This document shows positions 37,902 through 49,141 of a stretch of 64,000 nucleotides of DNA, piece by piece; within the stretch, counting starts at the first letter, position 1; each line of letters opens with the position of its first letter. The notes under the pieces were generated by a model, which made no database searches, was not told where the DNA came from, and was given only the letters and a program-made list of their open reading frames with translations. The stretch is from contig CAWVRN010000001.1 in NCBI GenBank assembly GCA_963932905.1, forward strand, positions 352,001 to 416,000. The letters run 5' to 3'. The DNA comes from an uncultured Bdellovibrio sp. Its GTDB lineage: Bacteria; Bdellovibrionota; Bdellovibrionia; Bdellovibrionales; Bdellovibrionaceae. Made by a program: the position numbers and the translations under genes.

Positions 37902-37992
37902 TGGCGGAGACGGTGAGATTTGAACTCACGGTAGTCTTTTGGACTACGAGCCTTTAGCAAAGGCTTGGTTTCAGCCACTCACCCACGTCTCC
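37902..37992 (-). tRNA. tRNA-Ser(GCT)
   Basis: GGAGACG...AGCCT-TTGCTAA-AGGCT, long variable arm, GTTCAAATC, CGTCTCCGCCA. Confidence 0.95.
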
Positions 37993-38188
37993 GTCTATAT
38001 AAATTATCGAATTCAATAAACTTTTTTTGGTAAGTATCAGGATCTAAAATCTTGATATTATAGCTGTTTTCGAAAGTGCCATACCGATTCAGGTAAATCA
38101 AGGCATAATTTTTAGGAAAATATACGTGAAGGAACAAAACGTTTGATTTTAACGCGAAATAATATTATTCCCTTCACTTCTCTGTCGT

Positions 38189-38265
38189 GCGGTCGTAGCT
38201 CAGCTGGATAGAGTACCTGACTACGAATCAGGTGGTCGGAGGTTCGAATCCTCCCGTCCGCACCA
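38189..38265 (+). tRNA. tRNA-Arg(ACG)
   Basis: GCGGTCGTAGCTCAGCTGGATAGAG, CCTGA-CTACGAA-TCAGG, GTTCGAATC, CCA end. Confidence 0.95.
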
Positions 38266-38342
38266 ATTTTTTTATTTCACCATTGATGAAATAAGTCCAT
38301 ATAACCTTGGTTTTTCCAATAAATCTTCGCATACTAAACCTA

Positions 38343-38879
38343 ATGGCCACTATTTTTTCTCACGCGGTTGTTGGGTGCACCATGGTTGGATTGCTACCAG
38401 CCAAAATGCGTACTAAATCCGTTTACCTATTTGCAGGCGCTTCGGCGATGGTTCCTGATATTGATTATCTTGGTTTCATTAATAATATTCCCTATGCCAG
38501 CCTATGGGGTCACCGAGGCATGACCCACTCTTTACTATTTGCAGCTATCACGGGGTTGGTGATTGGGTTGCCGCTGGCGTCTTTGCAAAAGGCGCCGATA
38601 GTTCGTTTAAGTGTCTTCTTTTTCCTGACAACGATTTCGCATGGAATTATTGACGCCTGCACAACCGGTGGGCTGGGTGTCGCTTTCTATGCGCCCTACA
38701 ACACTCTCCGTTATTTTTTCCCATGGCGGCCGATCGCCGTTTCCCCCATGGGAATGGGCTTTTTTTCTGAGCGTGGACTGGTTGTTTTGATCAGTGAACT
38801 GTATTGGATTCTTCTTCCCTGCCTAGGATTGTTGCTATTGCAGTTGGCATTAAATTGGAAACGCAAAACCGTAAGTTAA
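38343..38879 (+). CDS. YdjM/YbcI-like membrane metal-dependent hydrolase
   Basis: SH, PDID, HRGMTHS, SHGIID motifs. Confidence 0.88.
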   Translation: MATIFSHAVVGCTMVGLLPAKMRTKSVYLFAGASAMVPDIDYLGFINNIPYASLWGHRGMTHSLLFAAITGLVIGLPLASLQKAPIVRLSVFFFLTTISHGIIDACTTGGLGVAFYAPYNTLRYFFPWRPIAVSPMGMGFFSERGLVVLISELYWILLPCLGLLLLQLALNWKRKTVS

Positions 38880-39029
38880 TTTTATCCCACTTATAAATAT
38901 TTTTAAGTACCAAAAATCCGCGTTTTTCCCTGCGGAAAAGAAATTCTTACATTTGCTTAATTTTGTAAAAAATTATTTGCGCTTAGGAATTATATCGTAG
39001 AGACTCGGCTGCACATCTAGGAGGGGTCC

Positions 39030-40529
39030 TTGAAAACATTATTAACGACACTATTATTCGCGGTTGCATTTTTTAATTTCAACCAAGCCTCGGCTCAAAA
39101 TAACCAAGTCAAAGAATGGACTGTTTTAGTCTATCTAAATGCAGATAACGATCTTTACCGTTTTGGTTTTTTGAATATGGCTCAAATGGAAGCCATCGGT
39201 TCAACGGCAGGTATGAACGTAGTTGTTCAGTTTGATCCAGAACCAGCAGGTCAACCAACGACACGCTATTTTGTGACTAAAAGCCCAAATCCAGTTAACG
39301 GCAAAATTACCTCTCAGGTACTAGAGCAGTTGCCTGAAACAGATATGGGAAATCCAAAAACACTTTCTGATTTCTTGGTTTGGGGTGTTCAAAAATATCC
39401 AGCTAAAAAATACGCAGTTATCGTTTGGAATCATGGTAACGGCTGGCAAGGTGTTTCTTATGACGACAACCCACGGTCACATTTAACAATGCCTGAATTG
39501 CGTGGTGGTTTCGAAACCATGAACATGGCTATTGCACAACAACGAGGTGCTCGTAATCGCGGTCCTCAAATCGATTTAGTAAACTTCGATGCGTGTATCA
39601 TGTCTGCTCTTGAAGTTGGTTACGAATTAAAAGACGTTGCTAAATTTATGGTTGGCTCACAATTCAATGAACCTGGTGAAGGTGAAAACTATACATTATT
39701 CCTAGCCCCAATGGCAGCTAAACCTGCGATCACGCCTCGTGAATTGGCTGAAGTTATGGTTTACCAATACAGTTTGAACTACAAAGGTCGCTCAGGCATT
39801 AACTACGCGGCGGTTGATTTATCTCGCATCAATAACTTTGTTGCTGGTTTCAACCAAACAGTCGGCGTAACAAGTGCATCTCCTAATAAAGCTAAAATTA
39901 AAAATGCATACGGAAGTGGAAGCTTTGACTTAGTAACTGGTTTAAATAACGCGCGTGCGGCAGCTGGTACTGATGCCAATGCGACAAATGCTTTGGATCA
40001 AATGATCGCAGCGTACGGTTATCCTAAAGAAGGTATCGAACGCGCGGTACCCAATATGCGCGAATCATTTGCATCGGCTGGTTTAACGGTTTCAAGATTT
40101 AAACCATCGCAAGTAAATTTCAAAACGTCAGTAAATGGTCAATGGCAACAAGCTCCAATGGTATTGGGCGCGAATGGTCAGTACGAATACAAATTCCAAC
40201 GTCGTCCAGCTCAATACTACGTAGTATCTGCTGGTGGTACACGTGGACGTGAAGTCGCAGTACGTGATGCTTTAACCACTGTATTACGTGACGATGCAAA
40301 TCCAATCGTCTTCCATAATCAATTTCCTGAAACAAGTCCGTTAATCGCCGACTCTTATACGCTACAAACTAAAGGTGCACATGGTATGACACTTTTCTCT
40401 TTGGCAGGTATGATGAGTGCTCGTAATCCCTCAACGGCGCGTTTTGGTACTGATATGTTATCTCAGTACAAAGAACTATTATTCGCTCGTAATGGCGCGC
40501 CTAACTGGACAGCGTTCTTCGGTCTATAG
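39030..40529 (+). CDS. Clostripain-family (C11) cysteine peptidase, secreted
   Basis: WTVLVYLNADNDL, WNHGNG, FDACIM; signal peptide. Confidence 0.9.
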   Translation: MKTLLTTLLFAVAFFNFNQASAQNNQVKEWTVLVYLNADNDLYRFGFLNMAQMEAIGSTAGMNVVVQFDPEPAGQPTTRYFVTKSPNPVNGKITSQVLEQLPETDMGNPKTLSDFLVWGVQKYPAKKYAVIVWNHGNGWQGVSYDDNPRSHLTMPELRGGFETMNMAIAQQRGARNRGPQIDLVNFDACIMSALEVGYELKDVAKFMVGSQFNEPGEGENYTLFLAPMAAKPAITPRELAEVMVYQYSLNYKGRSGINYAAVDLSRINNFVAGFNQTVGVTSASPNKAKIKNAYGSGSFDLVTGLNNARAAAGTDANATNALDQMIAAYGYPKEGIERAVPNMRESFASAGLTVSRFKPSQVNFKTSVNGQWQQAPMVLGANGQYEYKFQRRPAQYYVVSAGGTRGREVAVRDALTTVLRDDANPIVFHNQFPETSPLIADSYTLQTKGAHGMTLFSLAGMMSARNPSTARFGTDMLSQYKELLFARNGAPNWTAFFGL

Positions 40530-40649
40530 TTTATAGATACGCAGTAGCCACGGCACAGCTGGCTATTTTCTTCCTAACACATTTCTGATTCGACAAGCGA
40601 TACCCTCAAGGGGTATCGCTTATTCCAACTAGTCATTTAGGGGGAACGA

Positions 40650-41543
40650 ATGAATAGAATTCAAATTCTTTTACTTTCACTTTTTACAGTCCTGACGGTT
40701 ACGGCGGCTCCATTTAGATTTGATACTCGTAATCCACGAGTACTTCAAAATTGGAATACCTATGCAATTGTCGGCGACGCAGGCGTGCGTAACGGTACAA
40801 CCGAAGCGCTAAGAAAAAATTTAGCAGCTAATCAGATGTATCAGTTAATCATGCCAGGTGATAATTTGTATATTCCAACAAGTAATTATCCGGCTGTTTG
40901 GGATATTTGGAAAAAAGAAGGATTTCAATTTCCATTAGTAGCCATCGGTAATCATAATAAAGGTTATGCTGAAGAAGTCGCTTATTTTGGAATGCCTGGC
41001 GAATACTATGCTGTGGAAAGTAAAGGCGCATTGTTCCTTGTTCTAAATTCAGATAACAAAAACAACTACGCAAAACAAATTGCCTGGGTCGATCAAGCAT
41101 TGAGCCAATCGAATTACACTTTAAATTTTGTTATATATCATCACCCAAGCATCACTGTTTCAAACACTCACAACTGGGAAGAAAGAAAAGGATTCCAGGA
41201 CGGCATGCGTGCGGTAATTAAAAAGCACGCGAAAAAGATTACGTCACTTATCGTCGGTCATGATCATTCTGCAGGATTGTTTGCATTGGATGAAGTGCCA
41301 ATGATTTTAAGCGGTGCTAGTTGGGAAAGTCGAAACATCGAACTTCCTGTAAAAAAAGATCCATTGTTTGTTGCCACGGGTTTGTGGGCAACAACTCAAG
41401 GTGGATACTGGTGGGGCAAGTTGGATTACAACGCTCTTACCAAAGAGGTGTATGTGCACTTCAATCGTTTCGATAAACAACAAGATAAATGCACGTTCCG
41501 AATTTTACCTAAACCAATCGCGAAATCACAAAACTGCAAGTAG
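40650..41543 (+). CDS. Secreted metallophosphoesterase
   Basis: GD, GDNLY, GNH, HHP, GHDH motifs. Confidence 0.88.
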   Translation: MNRIQILLLSLFTVLTVTAAPFRFDTRNPRVLQNWNTYAIVGDAGVRNGTTEALRKNLAANQMYQLIMPGDNLYIPTSNYPAVWDIWKKEGFQFPLVAIGNHNKGYAEEVAYFGMPGEYYAVESKGALFLVLNSDNKNNYAKQIAWVDQALSQSNYTLNFVIYHHPSITVSNTHNWEERKGFQDGMRAVIKKHAKKITSLIVGHDHSAGLFALDEVPMILSGASWESRNIELPVKKDPLFVATGLWATTQGGYWWGKLDYNALTKEVYVHFNRFDKQQDKCTFRILPKPIAKSQNCK

Positions 41544-41596
41544 TAGAGTTCAAGACAAGGAGGGGCGTTAACCCCTCTTATGGCCCGAAGTTAAAA

Positions 41597-41845
41597 CTAA
41601 GCTTTTACTGACTTCTTTTTCTTTTTAGATTTTGATTTTTTCTTTTCGCTTGCTACCGAGCGATCTTTCTTTTTGTCGGCAGTAACTACTTTTTTATTTT
41701 TAGTTTTTTTAGCTACTTTTTTGCCTTTTTTAACTGACTTGGATATGTGAGCTTTTTTACCACTTTTCTTTTTGGCTTCAGCCATGTTCGAGAAAGCAAA
41801 AGTGAAAACTAACATTACGGCTAGAACTATATTTTTTAACTGCAT
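41597..41845 (-). CDS. Small secreted lysine-rich protein
   Basis: Signal peptide ending AEA, then a very basic tail; RBS AGGAGG. Confidence 0.75.
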   Translation of the reverse strand: MQLKNIVLAVMLVFTFAFSNMAEAKKKSGKKAHISKSVKKGKKVAKKTKNKKVVTADKKKDRSVASEKKKSKSKKKKKSVKA

Positions 41846-41864
41846 TGGGCCTCCTATAGACTAG

Positions 41865-41891
41865 CTATCGGTCTAAGTCCGTTGGACTTAA
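41865..41891 (-). promoter_or_regulatory. Sigma28 (FliA)-like promoter
   Basis: Minus strand TTAA-N15-ACCGATAG upstream of the Lys-rich gene. Confidence 0.45.
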
Positions 41892-42008
41892 GTCATTTTT
41901 CACAGCTTCAAGGGACCTTATGACGATGGTCCAGGGTTTTGATTTGATTGCAGTTTTTTTCAAACGTGCGGTAAGCAAGGCGTTTAGGCATCTCAGATTG
42001 AGACAAAG

Positions 42009-43022
42009 TTATTCGATAATGGTGATTTTATCGCCGGTAGTTTCCACCAAATCCTGAAGATAGAACTGAGCGCGCGAATGACAGATCATGCGCCATTGTT
42101 CATGGAACGAAGTGTAGGTAAATACGGTGCGGTTCTTATTTGGATAAGTGACATCAACTTTGTAAATATCGCCCTTAAGTTCGCCCGCAAAACGTAGCTT
42201 TTCACTTTCGAAGTAGCAATAATTTTGATTTGAACTAATTGAACTAAAGGGCACTAGCATTCCTTCAACCAAGTAGGAATCCTTCAATTTCAAATTCGGT
42301 TTATAGATCGGCATTAGGGCATCATTAAAGTGAAATTTTAAATTCGCAACTGTTAATGGCCTCATTTCTTGAGGTGAAAATTTATTTGAATTTTTGGATT
42401 TTAAGAAATGAAGAATATTTTGGAATTCATCACAGTACGGTTTTATATCGTAAAATGAATAGGTATTATTATCGCGAGGGCATTCTGTGTATTGGTAATT
42501 ATAGAAAAACTGATTGCACATTTTCTTCGAAGCCAGAGCCAGATGGAAATCCGCTTCATCATTGGTATCCGAATTTTCAATAGTTTTAATGGCCGAGTAA
42601 AATTCGGCTTTCTTGGTGATAACAAATTCAACGAGTTCGCGACTACATGCTGTTTTTGGCTTGGCAGGCTCAATCTTTTCTGGGTCTTTAGGACTTGCGT
42701 TAGTAGATGGTTTTGATTTGGTTGAAATATTTTTTAAACATTTTAAATCAAAATCATTGGTGTGAATTCTAAGCTCTGATCCATCAACGACCGAGAAGCA
42801 TTTTATGCCTGGGTAGTTTGCATAAAATTCTTCACACTGAACTAGGGTGTCTGCAGTTCCTGCCGGTAAATTCAAAATTTTTTCGTACTCACGAGAATAT
42901 TCTTCCGTGCACAAACCGCCAGAATTCACGGCTCGAGCCTTAGGAGAATCGGCTTGCGTGCAACCATTTAAAACCGAAACTATCACTGATAAAAATAGAA
43001 CAAAACCAGACTTTTGAAGCAT
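42009..43022 (-). CDS. Cys-rich lipoprotein, hypothetical
   Basis: Lipobox LNGC; two related Cys-patterned segments. Confidence 0.7.
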   Translation of the reverse strand: MLQKSGFVLFLSVIVSVLNGCTQADSPKARAVNSGGLCTEEYSREYEKILNLPAGTADTLVQCEEFYANYPGIKCFSVVDGSELRIHTNDFDLKCLKNISTKSKPSTNASPKDPEKIEPAKPKTACSRELVEFVITKKAEFYSAIKTIENSDTNDEADFHLALASKKMCNQFFYNYQYTECPRDNNTYSFYDIKPYCDEFQNILHFLKSKNSNKFSPQEMRPLTVANLKFHFNDALMPIYKPNLKLKDSYLVEGMLVPFSSISSNQNYCYFESEKLRFAGELKGDIYKVDVTYPNKNRTVFTYTSFHEQWRMICHSRAQFYLQDLVETTGDKITIIE

Positions 43023-43290
43023 GTGTAGGTCGTCTTAGCCAGCTTGTGAATAATGGTCAAGACGGGCTCTGCAAATCGGCTTAGGAAAGCCAAAAAACGG
43101 CCTCCTTTCCTATATTTATTTCAAAGTAGGTGCTGGCCTTAAATGTAACTGCTTGCCGCAAAATTGGCAGAATCAACGATCCAGTTTTGGCCATTAGAGT
43201 TTTAGTGTCATCGGGCTGATCTTTTCCCATGGCATGTTGTTTGTTAATTATAATTCACAGAAGGGTCCGATTTAAGTTGGGCAAAAGAAT

Positions 43291-43869
43291 ATGATCAAAT
43301 TTATTACAGTTGTTTTAGTTGCTTCCTCTAGCGTATTCGCAACCGGTTTAGCCACGGCGGCGGCCCCCCCTGCATTAGTTCCAATCGCTCCCACAGCAGT
43401 CACTCCAATTATTCGTGCGGGATTGCCTTTACCTAGTAGTCCAATCGTCAACACTGTAAAAAGCTATAAGGAATGGAAGAACGAAAAAGTCCAACTCGCT
43501 ATCAAGAAAGTAACGATCACTAAGGCTCAGATTGAATATAGGAAACTGAACAAGCAATTTTTGCAAAAGAGCGAACCCGTAGCGGCTAAAGACCCAGAAA
43601 CTGATCGCTTAGAGGCTTTGTTAAAAAACGATCTTTACGCGTTAGAAGTAGCTCAAGAATTAAGCGTTACTGACTATTTTGCTATATATTTAACAAAACA
43701 AGAAAATAAACCCGACGCCTATAAAGAGGCGGCAGCAAAAATGACCCCGGATGAGGTCGGCCAACTAATCAAAGCCTACGCAGACTCAATGTTTTCTTCT
43801 AGCGGAACGTCGGCGCCAGTAACCAAGGTTGGTCCTACGGCCATGGAAAAGTCCGAGCCAGCAAAATAA
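43291..43869 (+). CDS. Secreted hypothetical protein
   Basis: Signal peptide, helical core. Confidence 0.7.
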   Translation: MIKFITVVLVASSSVFATGLATAAAPPALVPIAPTAVTPIIRAGLPLPSSPIVNTVKSYKEWKNEKVQLAIKKVTITKAQIEYRKLNKQFLQKSEPVAAKDPETDRLEALLKNDLYALEVAQELSVTDYFAIYLTKQENKPDAYKEAAAKMTPDEVGQLIKAYADSMFSSSGTSAPVTKVGPTAMEKSEPAK

Positions 43870-43974
43870 TCCCATCAACCCTGTCAAAGCCTTGTCCTAC
43901 AACCGATTTAGCCTTGTCGCTGCTTCGCAACACGTGCGGTCACACCCTACTCTTAGAAATCTTTAGTCCTTTAC

Positions 43975-44004
43975 CTTGACAGCTTTTACAGGCAAACCAT
44001 ATTA
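43975..44004 (+). promoter_or_regulatory. groESL promoter (sigma32- or sigma70-like)
   Basis: CTTGACA-N15-CCATATTA upstream of RBS AGGAGG. Confidence 0.55.
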
Positions 44005-44035
44005 CTTAATATCGCAAATTTTTTAGGAGGCCTTA

Positions 44036-44335
44036 ATGAGCAAAGAAATCGGTGTAAGACCATTACATGATCGTATTTTAGTAAAACGTGTAGCAGAAGA
44101 AGAAAAAACTGCGGGTGGATTATTTATCCCAGATACAGCTAAAGAAAAACCACAACGCGGACAAATCGTAGCGACTGGTAAAGGTCGTGTTACTGAAGAC
44201 GGAAAAGTTCTTCCTCTAGAAGTTAAAACTGGCGACAAAATTTTATTCAGCAAATACGCAGGTACAGAACTTAAACTTGATGGTTCCGAGTACTTGATGA
44301 TGCGCGAAGAAGATATCTTGGGAATTATTAACTAA
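44036..44335 (+). CDS. groES: Co-chaperonin GroES
   Basis: [11 protein letters not shown]...[18 protein letters not shown]. Confidence 0.98.
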   Translation: MSKEIGVRPLHDRILVKRVAEEEKTAGGLFIPDTAKEKPQRGQIVATGKGRVTEDGKVLPLEVKTGDKILFSKYAGTELKLDGSEYLMMREEDILGIIN

Positions 44336-44382
44336 GTCGCACGGTAAGTAAGTGCGCTAAAAAAATTATTAATTGAAAATAA

Positions 44383-46047
<1,665 letters not shown>

Positions 46048-46081
46048 TCTTTTTGATTACATATATTTCGTTCGTCCTAAG

Positions 46082-46109
46082 AAAAGGTCGGCCACAAGCC
46101 GGCCTTTTT
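46082..46109 (+). terminator. Intrinsic terminator after groEL
   Basis: AAAAGGTCGGC-cacaa-GCCGGCCTTTTT. Confidence 0.85.
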
Positions 46110-46194
46110 GTTTTTGTGGGTCTTTGCTGAGACTAGTGTGTTGCGGAAGATCCTGGGATGATATTTAGTTTCAGATATCCACGAGGTGGAACTT

Positions 46195-47688
46195 TTAAAA
46201 AGAGTATTCAATCCCAGCGAGTGTCGACATCAGTTTGTGACTTATGCTGTTGGTTGGGTCTGTGCGGCTGCCGGTAGTGGCATCGAAGTCGGAGCTGTAG
46301 GATTCAAACGACAATTCGAATACGTACGCTAGGTTTAATGTCTTCATGTATCTAACTATCATTCCAAAATCGTTGATTTGTATACCAGATGGGCTGGCTT
46401 CGGCTGAGTCTTTCAGAGTTTTAGATAAAAAATAATTGAAGTAGAGGCTTAGATCGATTGGATTTTCTTCTGACACTGCAAACGTTCCCTTGAATCCCAA
46501 CAGTGTTCCGCCGTAGCTTAAACCAGAAAGACTGAGCGGATTTGATTTATCTGGCAAGGCTTGGAATGAGCCGATTCCAAGTGCTACCTGGAACTGAGGA
46601 GCTCTGGCTGAGCTATCTAGTTCGTAGTTATACTTCGCTTTGATTTGATACTGACTCAGACTCATGTTTAGGCTGCCGGGTTCTGAGCCTTCCATGGGGT
46701 TGTTCATTTTAAATGACGACTGTCTGATGAATAGTTCTAAATGGAATTCTGGATTCAACCATAGTTCCGCAGAACCTTTGATTGTTGGAGTCAACCACTG
46801 CGATACTGTTTTGTTTCCCGCGGTTAGGAAGTTTACGTTTTGTGAGTACTGTATCAAGCCACCCGAGATCGAGAATTTTCCATATTGCGGCGGTTTTCTT
46901 GGAACCCATTCGCCTTGGGGAACTGCTGTTGTACCGGGTTCTATAGGTGCTGTTGGAGCCGCTAAGGTAGGTTTGTCTAATTTGGAGAATTCTAATTTTG
47001 TATCTTTCTTCAAAATTTGAGCCTCACGTTCGAATTCTATTTTTCCGAAACTTAGAAACTCATCGACTTTTGTTAAAACTATTTTTCCTAGCACTATTTT
47101 TTCTGATGAAATGTAGACTTGGGTTTTTGGGTGTAGATTTAGTTTCGCAATATGGATTGCGAGTACTTCTTGATTTGGGACTACTCCGTGGGCCGCTCCT
47201 ATATTGATTGTAACCTGGTCTTGAGTACGGCTTAGGATTATTCCATTGTATGGAATTCTAGCTTTTAAGCTGTGGAATAACGTTTCGTAGTGGCCTAAGA
47301 TTTTTTCAGTTTCGAAAATATTTTCAATTTCTTTACTGTCCTGAATTACGATTCCGCTTTTGAATAGCAGACCCATTTTTAGCGTATAAGATTTTGGATT
47401 CTTTGTCAGACGGGACTCGATCACAAGGTCTGCATCCTTTTTTCCGACCGTCACGTCCCATTGATTTTCATTTTCGATGATATCTTTGATCTTAGCTTCA
47501 GCTTTAGATGCGTATATTAAATTTACGTTATCCGAGAAAGGTTCTAGATATACAGTTCTTATTTTTACCGCGGCATCTTCGTTATTTATGTACGCCGGAG
47601 TTTTTGCAAGTATTGAAAAACTGAACAACTGCGCTATTAAAAATGTAAACCAGAAACTCGACCAACGATGAAGTGAAATTGGGTTCAT
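46195..47688 (-). CDS. Probable outer-membrane beta-barrel protein
   Basis: Signal peptide; amphipathic strands; C-terminal GIEYSF. Confidence 0.7.
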   Translation of the reverse strand: MNPISLHRWSSFWFTFLIAQLFSFSILAKTPAYINNEDAAVKIRTVYLEPFSDNVNLIYASKAEAKIKDIIENENQWDVTVGKKDADLVIESRLTKNPKSYTLKMGLLFKSGIVIQDSKEIENIFETEKILGHYETLFHSLKARIPYNGIILSRTQDQVTINIGAAHGVVPNQEVLAIHIAKLNLHPKTQVYISSEKIVLGKIVLTKVDEFLSFGKIEFEREAQILKKDTKLEFSKLDKPTLAAPTAPIEPGTTAVPQGEWVPRKPPQYGKFSISGGLIQYSQNVNFLTAGNKTVSQWLTPTIKGSAELWLNPEFHLELFIRQSSFKMNNPMEGSEPGSLNMSLSQYQIKAKYNYELDSSARAPQFQVALGIGSFQALPDKSNPLSLSGLSYGGTLLGFKGTFAVSEENPIDLSLYFNYFLSKTLKDSAEASPSGIQINDFGMIVRYMKTLNLAYVFELSFESYSSDFDATTGSRTDPTNSISHKLMSTLAGIEYSF

Positions 47689-47779
47689 GACTTAATTTTC
47701 GTATGTATGCGATAAGTGGTCAATTCCGCAAGTCGTCTGGTCCTGCTTTTGTCCAGATTAAACAGAAAAATTAGGAATC

Positions 47780-48202
47780 GTGCCTGACCTAGTTCAAAAT
47801 AAAAATATGGTTAGATATATCATTGCCGACGATGCTCCATTCATTCACGAGATTATAAAAAACGTAATGCCCGACACTGCTTTTGAACACGTAGGGTCAG
47901 CCTATAATGGTCTTGAGGCTATCGACCTAGTGAAGCGCACGCTACCAGATGTTGTGTTTCTAGATTTTGTAATGCCGACTAAATCGGGTGTGGAAGCCAT
48001 CACTGAAATGAAACAAATTTGGCCAGATTTAAAGATTATTGGTGTATCGACTGTCGATAATAATGGGATCATTCAAATGGCTATGCGTAATGGAATGAGT
48101 GCGTTCATAGAAAAGCCATTTACTAAAGACACCCTATTCGAGGCGCTGGCATCTGTAGGTTACGTTGTGGATTCGCATCAAAAAATGAAAGAGTCAGTTT
48201 AA
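47780..48202 (+). CDS. CheY-like single-domain response regulator
   Basis: IADD, FLDFVMP, KPF. Confidence 0.9.
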   Translation: MPDLVQNKNMVRYIIADDAPFIHEIIKNVMPDTAFEHVGSAYNGLEAIDLVKRTLPDVVFLDFVMPTKSGVEAITEMKQIWPDLKIIGVSTVDNNGIIQMAMRNGMSAFIEKPFTKDTLFEALASVGYVVDSHQKMKESV

Positions 48203-48228
48203 ATAAATAGAGGGACAAGGATAAGCAT

Positions 48229-48489
48229 ATGATCGGAGATCTTTTCATTGTAATTCGGTATTTCGTAATTTCCATTATTATCGTGGGAGCATTGCAAGTT
48301 GAAATGAAAGGTAAAAGTCTAGAAGGACATGTGACCGATTGGTTCTACACATCGAATGTGCCTCAGCACATCAGAACAGCGGCTAAAGGTGGCGCGCTAT
48401 TAATTGAAAATGGGGCTCACTCGACTAAACGTTTCTTTAAAGATATGTTTAGCAGCGCCTCGGGCTCTGTTGAGAAAGCCAGTCGCTAA
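48229..48489 (+). CDS. Small membrane-anchored hypothetical protein
   Basis: 86 aa, N-terminal TM. Confidence 0.6.
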   Translation: MIGDLFIVIRYFVISIIIVGALQVEMKGKSLEGHVTDWFYTSNVPQHIRTAAKGGALLIENGAHSTKRFFKDMFSSASGSVEKASR

Positions 48490-48548
48490 ATTTCAAATCA
48501 ATCAGAGCGATTGAGACATCGCTCTGACCGTTTAAAGTTTTCAATTAG

Positions 48549-48734
48549 TTATTTTGGTACGCCGTTTGTTGGTGTAGAAGCTACGTGTAGCGGCGTTGCT
48601 TGGGCTGGTTGCTCCTTGTCTGCTTTAGTGTATGCACCTTCTGTTGAATTAAAAGTAGAGTCTGCTTGAGTGCAATCCGCTAATGCGAATGAGCTAGAAA
48701 ATGCAATTACAAGTGATAGGATTAATGCTTTCAT
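48549..48734 (-). CDS. Small secreted protein
   Basis: RBS AAGGAG, signal peptide ending ALA, 61 aa. Confidence 0.7.
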   Translation of the reverse strand: MKALILSLVIAFSSSFALADCTQADSTFNSTEGAYTKADKEQPAQATPLHVASTPTNGVPK

Positions 48735-48774
48735 AAATGTCTCCTTATGAATTATCGTTCTGCTTTTTTATCAT

Positions 48775-48791
48775 TGCGATACATGTGCCAG
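48775..48791 (-). promoter_or_regulatory. Sigma54 -24/-12 promoter
   Basis: Minus strand CTGGCACATGTATCGCA = TGGCAC-N5-TCGCA. Confidence 0.75.
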
Positions 48792-49141
48792 AGACATTCA
48801 TTTTGAGACCGAAATTTCAACGTACTTTCAATGACTTAACTGCGCATCAAAATGAGACGCTGTCTAAAGTCTATACATGTGTAGGATTGAAATAGTCAAA
48901 ATGAGATAATAGCTTTGAAAGAGATTATCTTTAAGGCTTATTATTCCTATTTTAAAATTGCTGAAAGGGCATCCATGTCTTTTTGAAACTGTGTGGTTAG
49001 GAATGTCTTCACCGCAATAACTGCAGGCAGTATTTTCTATGTTGTTCTCTGACAGGCATTCCGGGCATAGACGAAATTAGGTGTTTGTTGAGTTCTGAAT
49101 ATAAGTTTTGAAATTGGATATATAGCCATAGCTCAATGGTT

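Larger units (their letters stand above)
1472..37908. mobile_element. Integrative conjugative element (~36 kb) at the tRNA-Ser(GCT) 3' end
   Basis: Integrase, excisionase, relaxase and T4SS at the left. TGGCGGA (complement of the tRNA 3' end) at both 1472-1478 and 37902-37908. GTAGCCA repeats with 11-bp period just inside both ends. Confidence 0.75.

Noticed and set aside
37724..37978. 84-aa ORF in the track
   Set aside because: Overlaps tRNA-Ser and the att repeats; spurious
43230..43245. TGGCATGTTGTTTGTT as a sigma54 promoter
   Set aside because: The -12 position is GT rather than GC; plausible but unsupported
44333..44360. Inverted repeat between groES and groEL as a CIRCE element
   Set aside because: Does not match TTAGCACTC-N9-GAGTGCTAA and is not upstream of the operon
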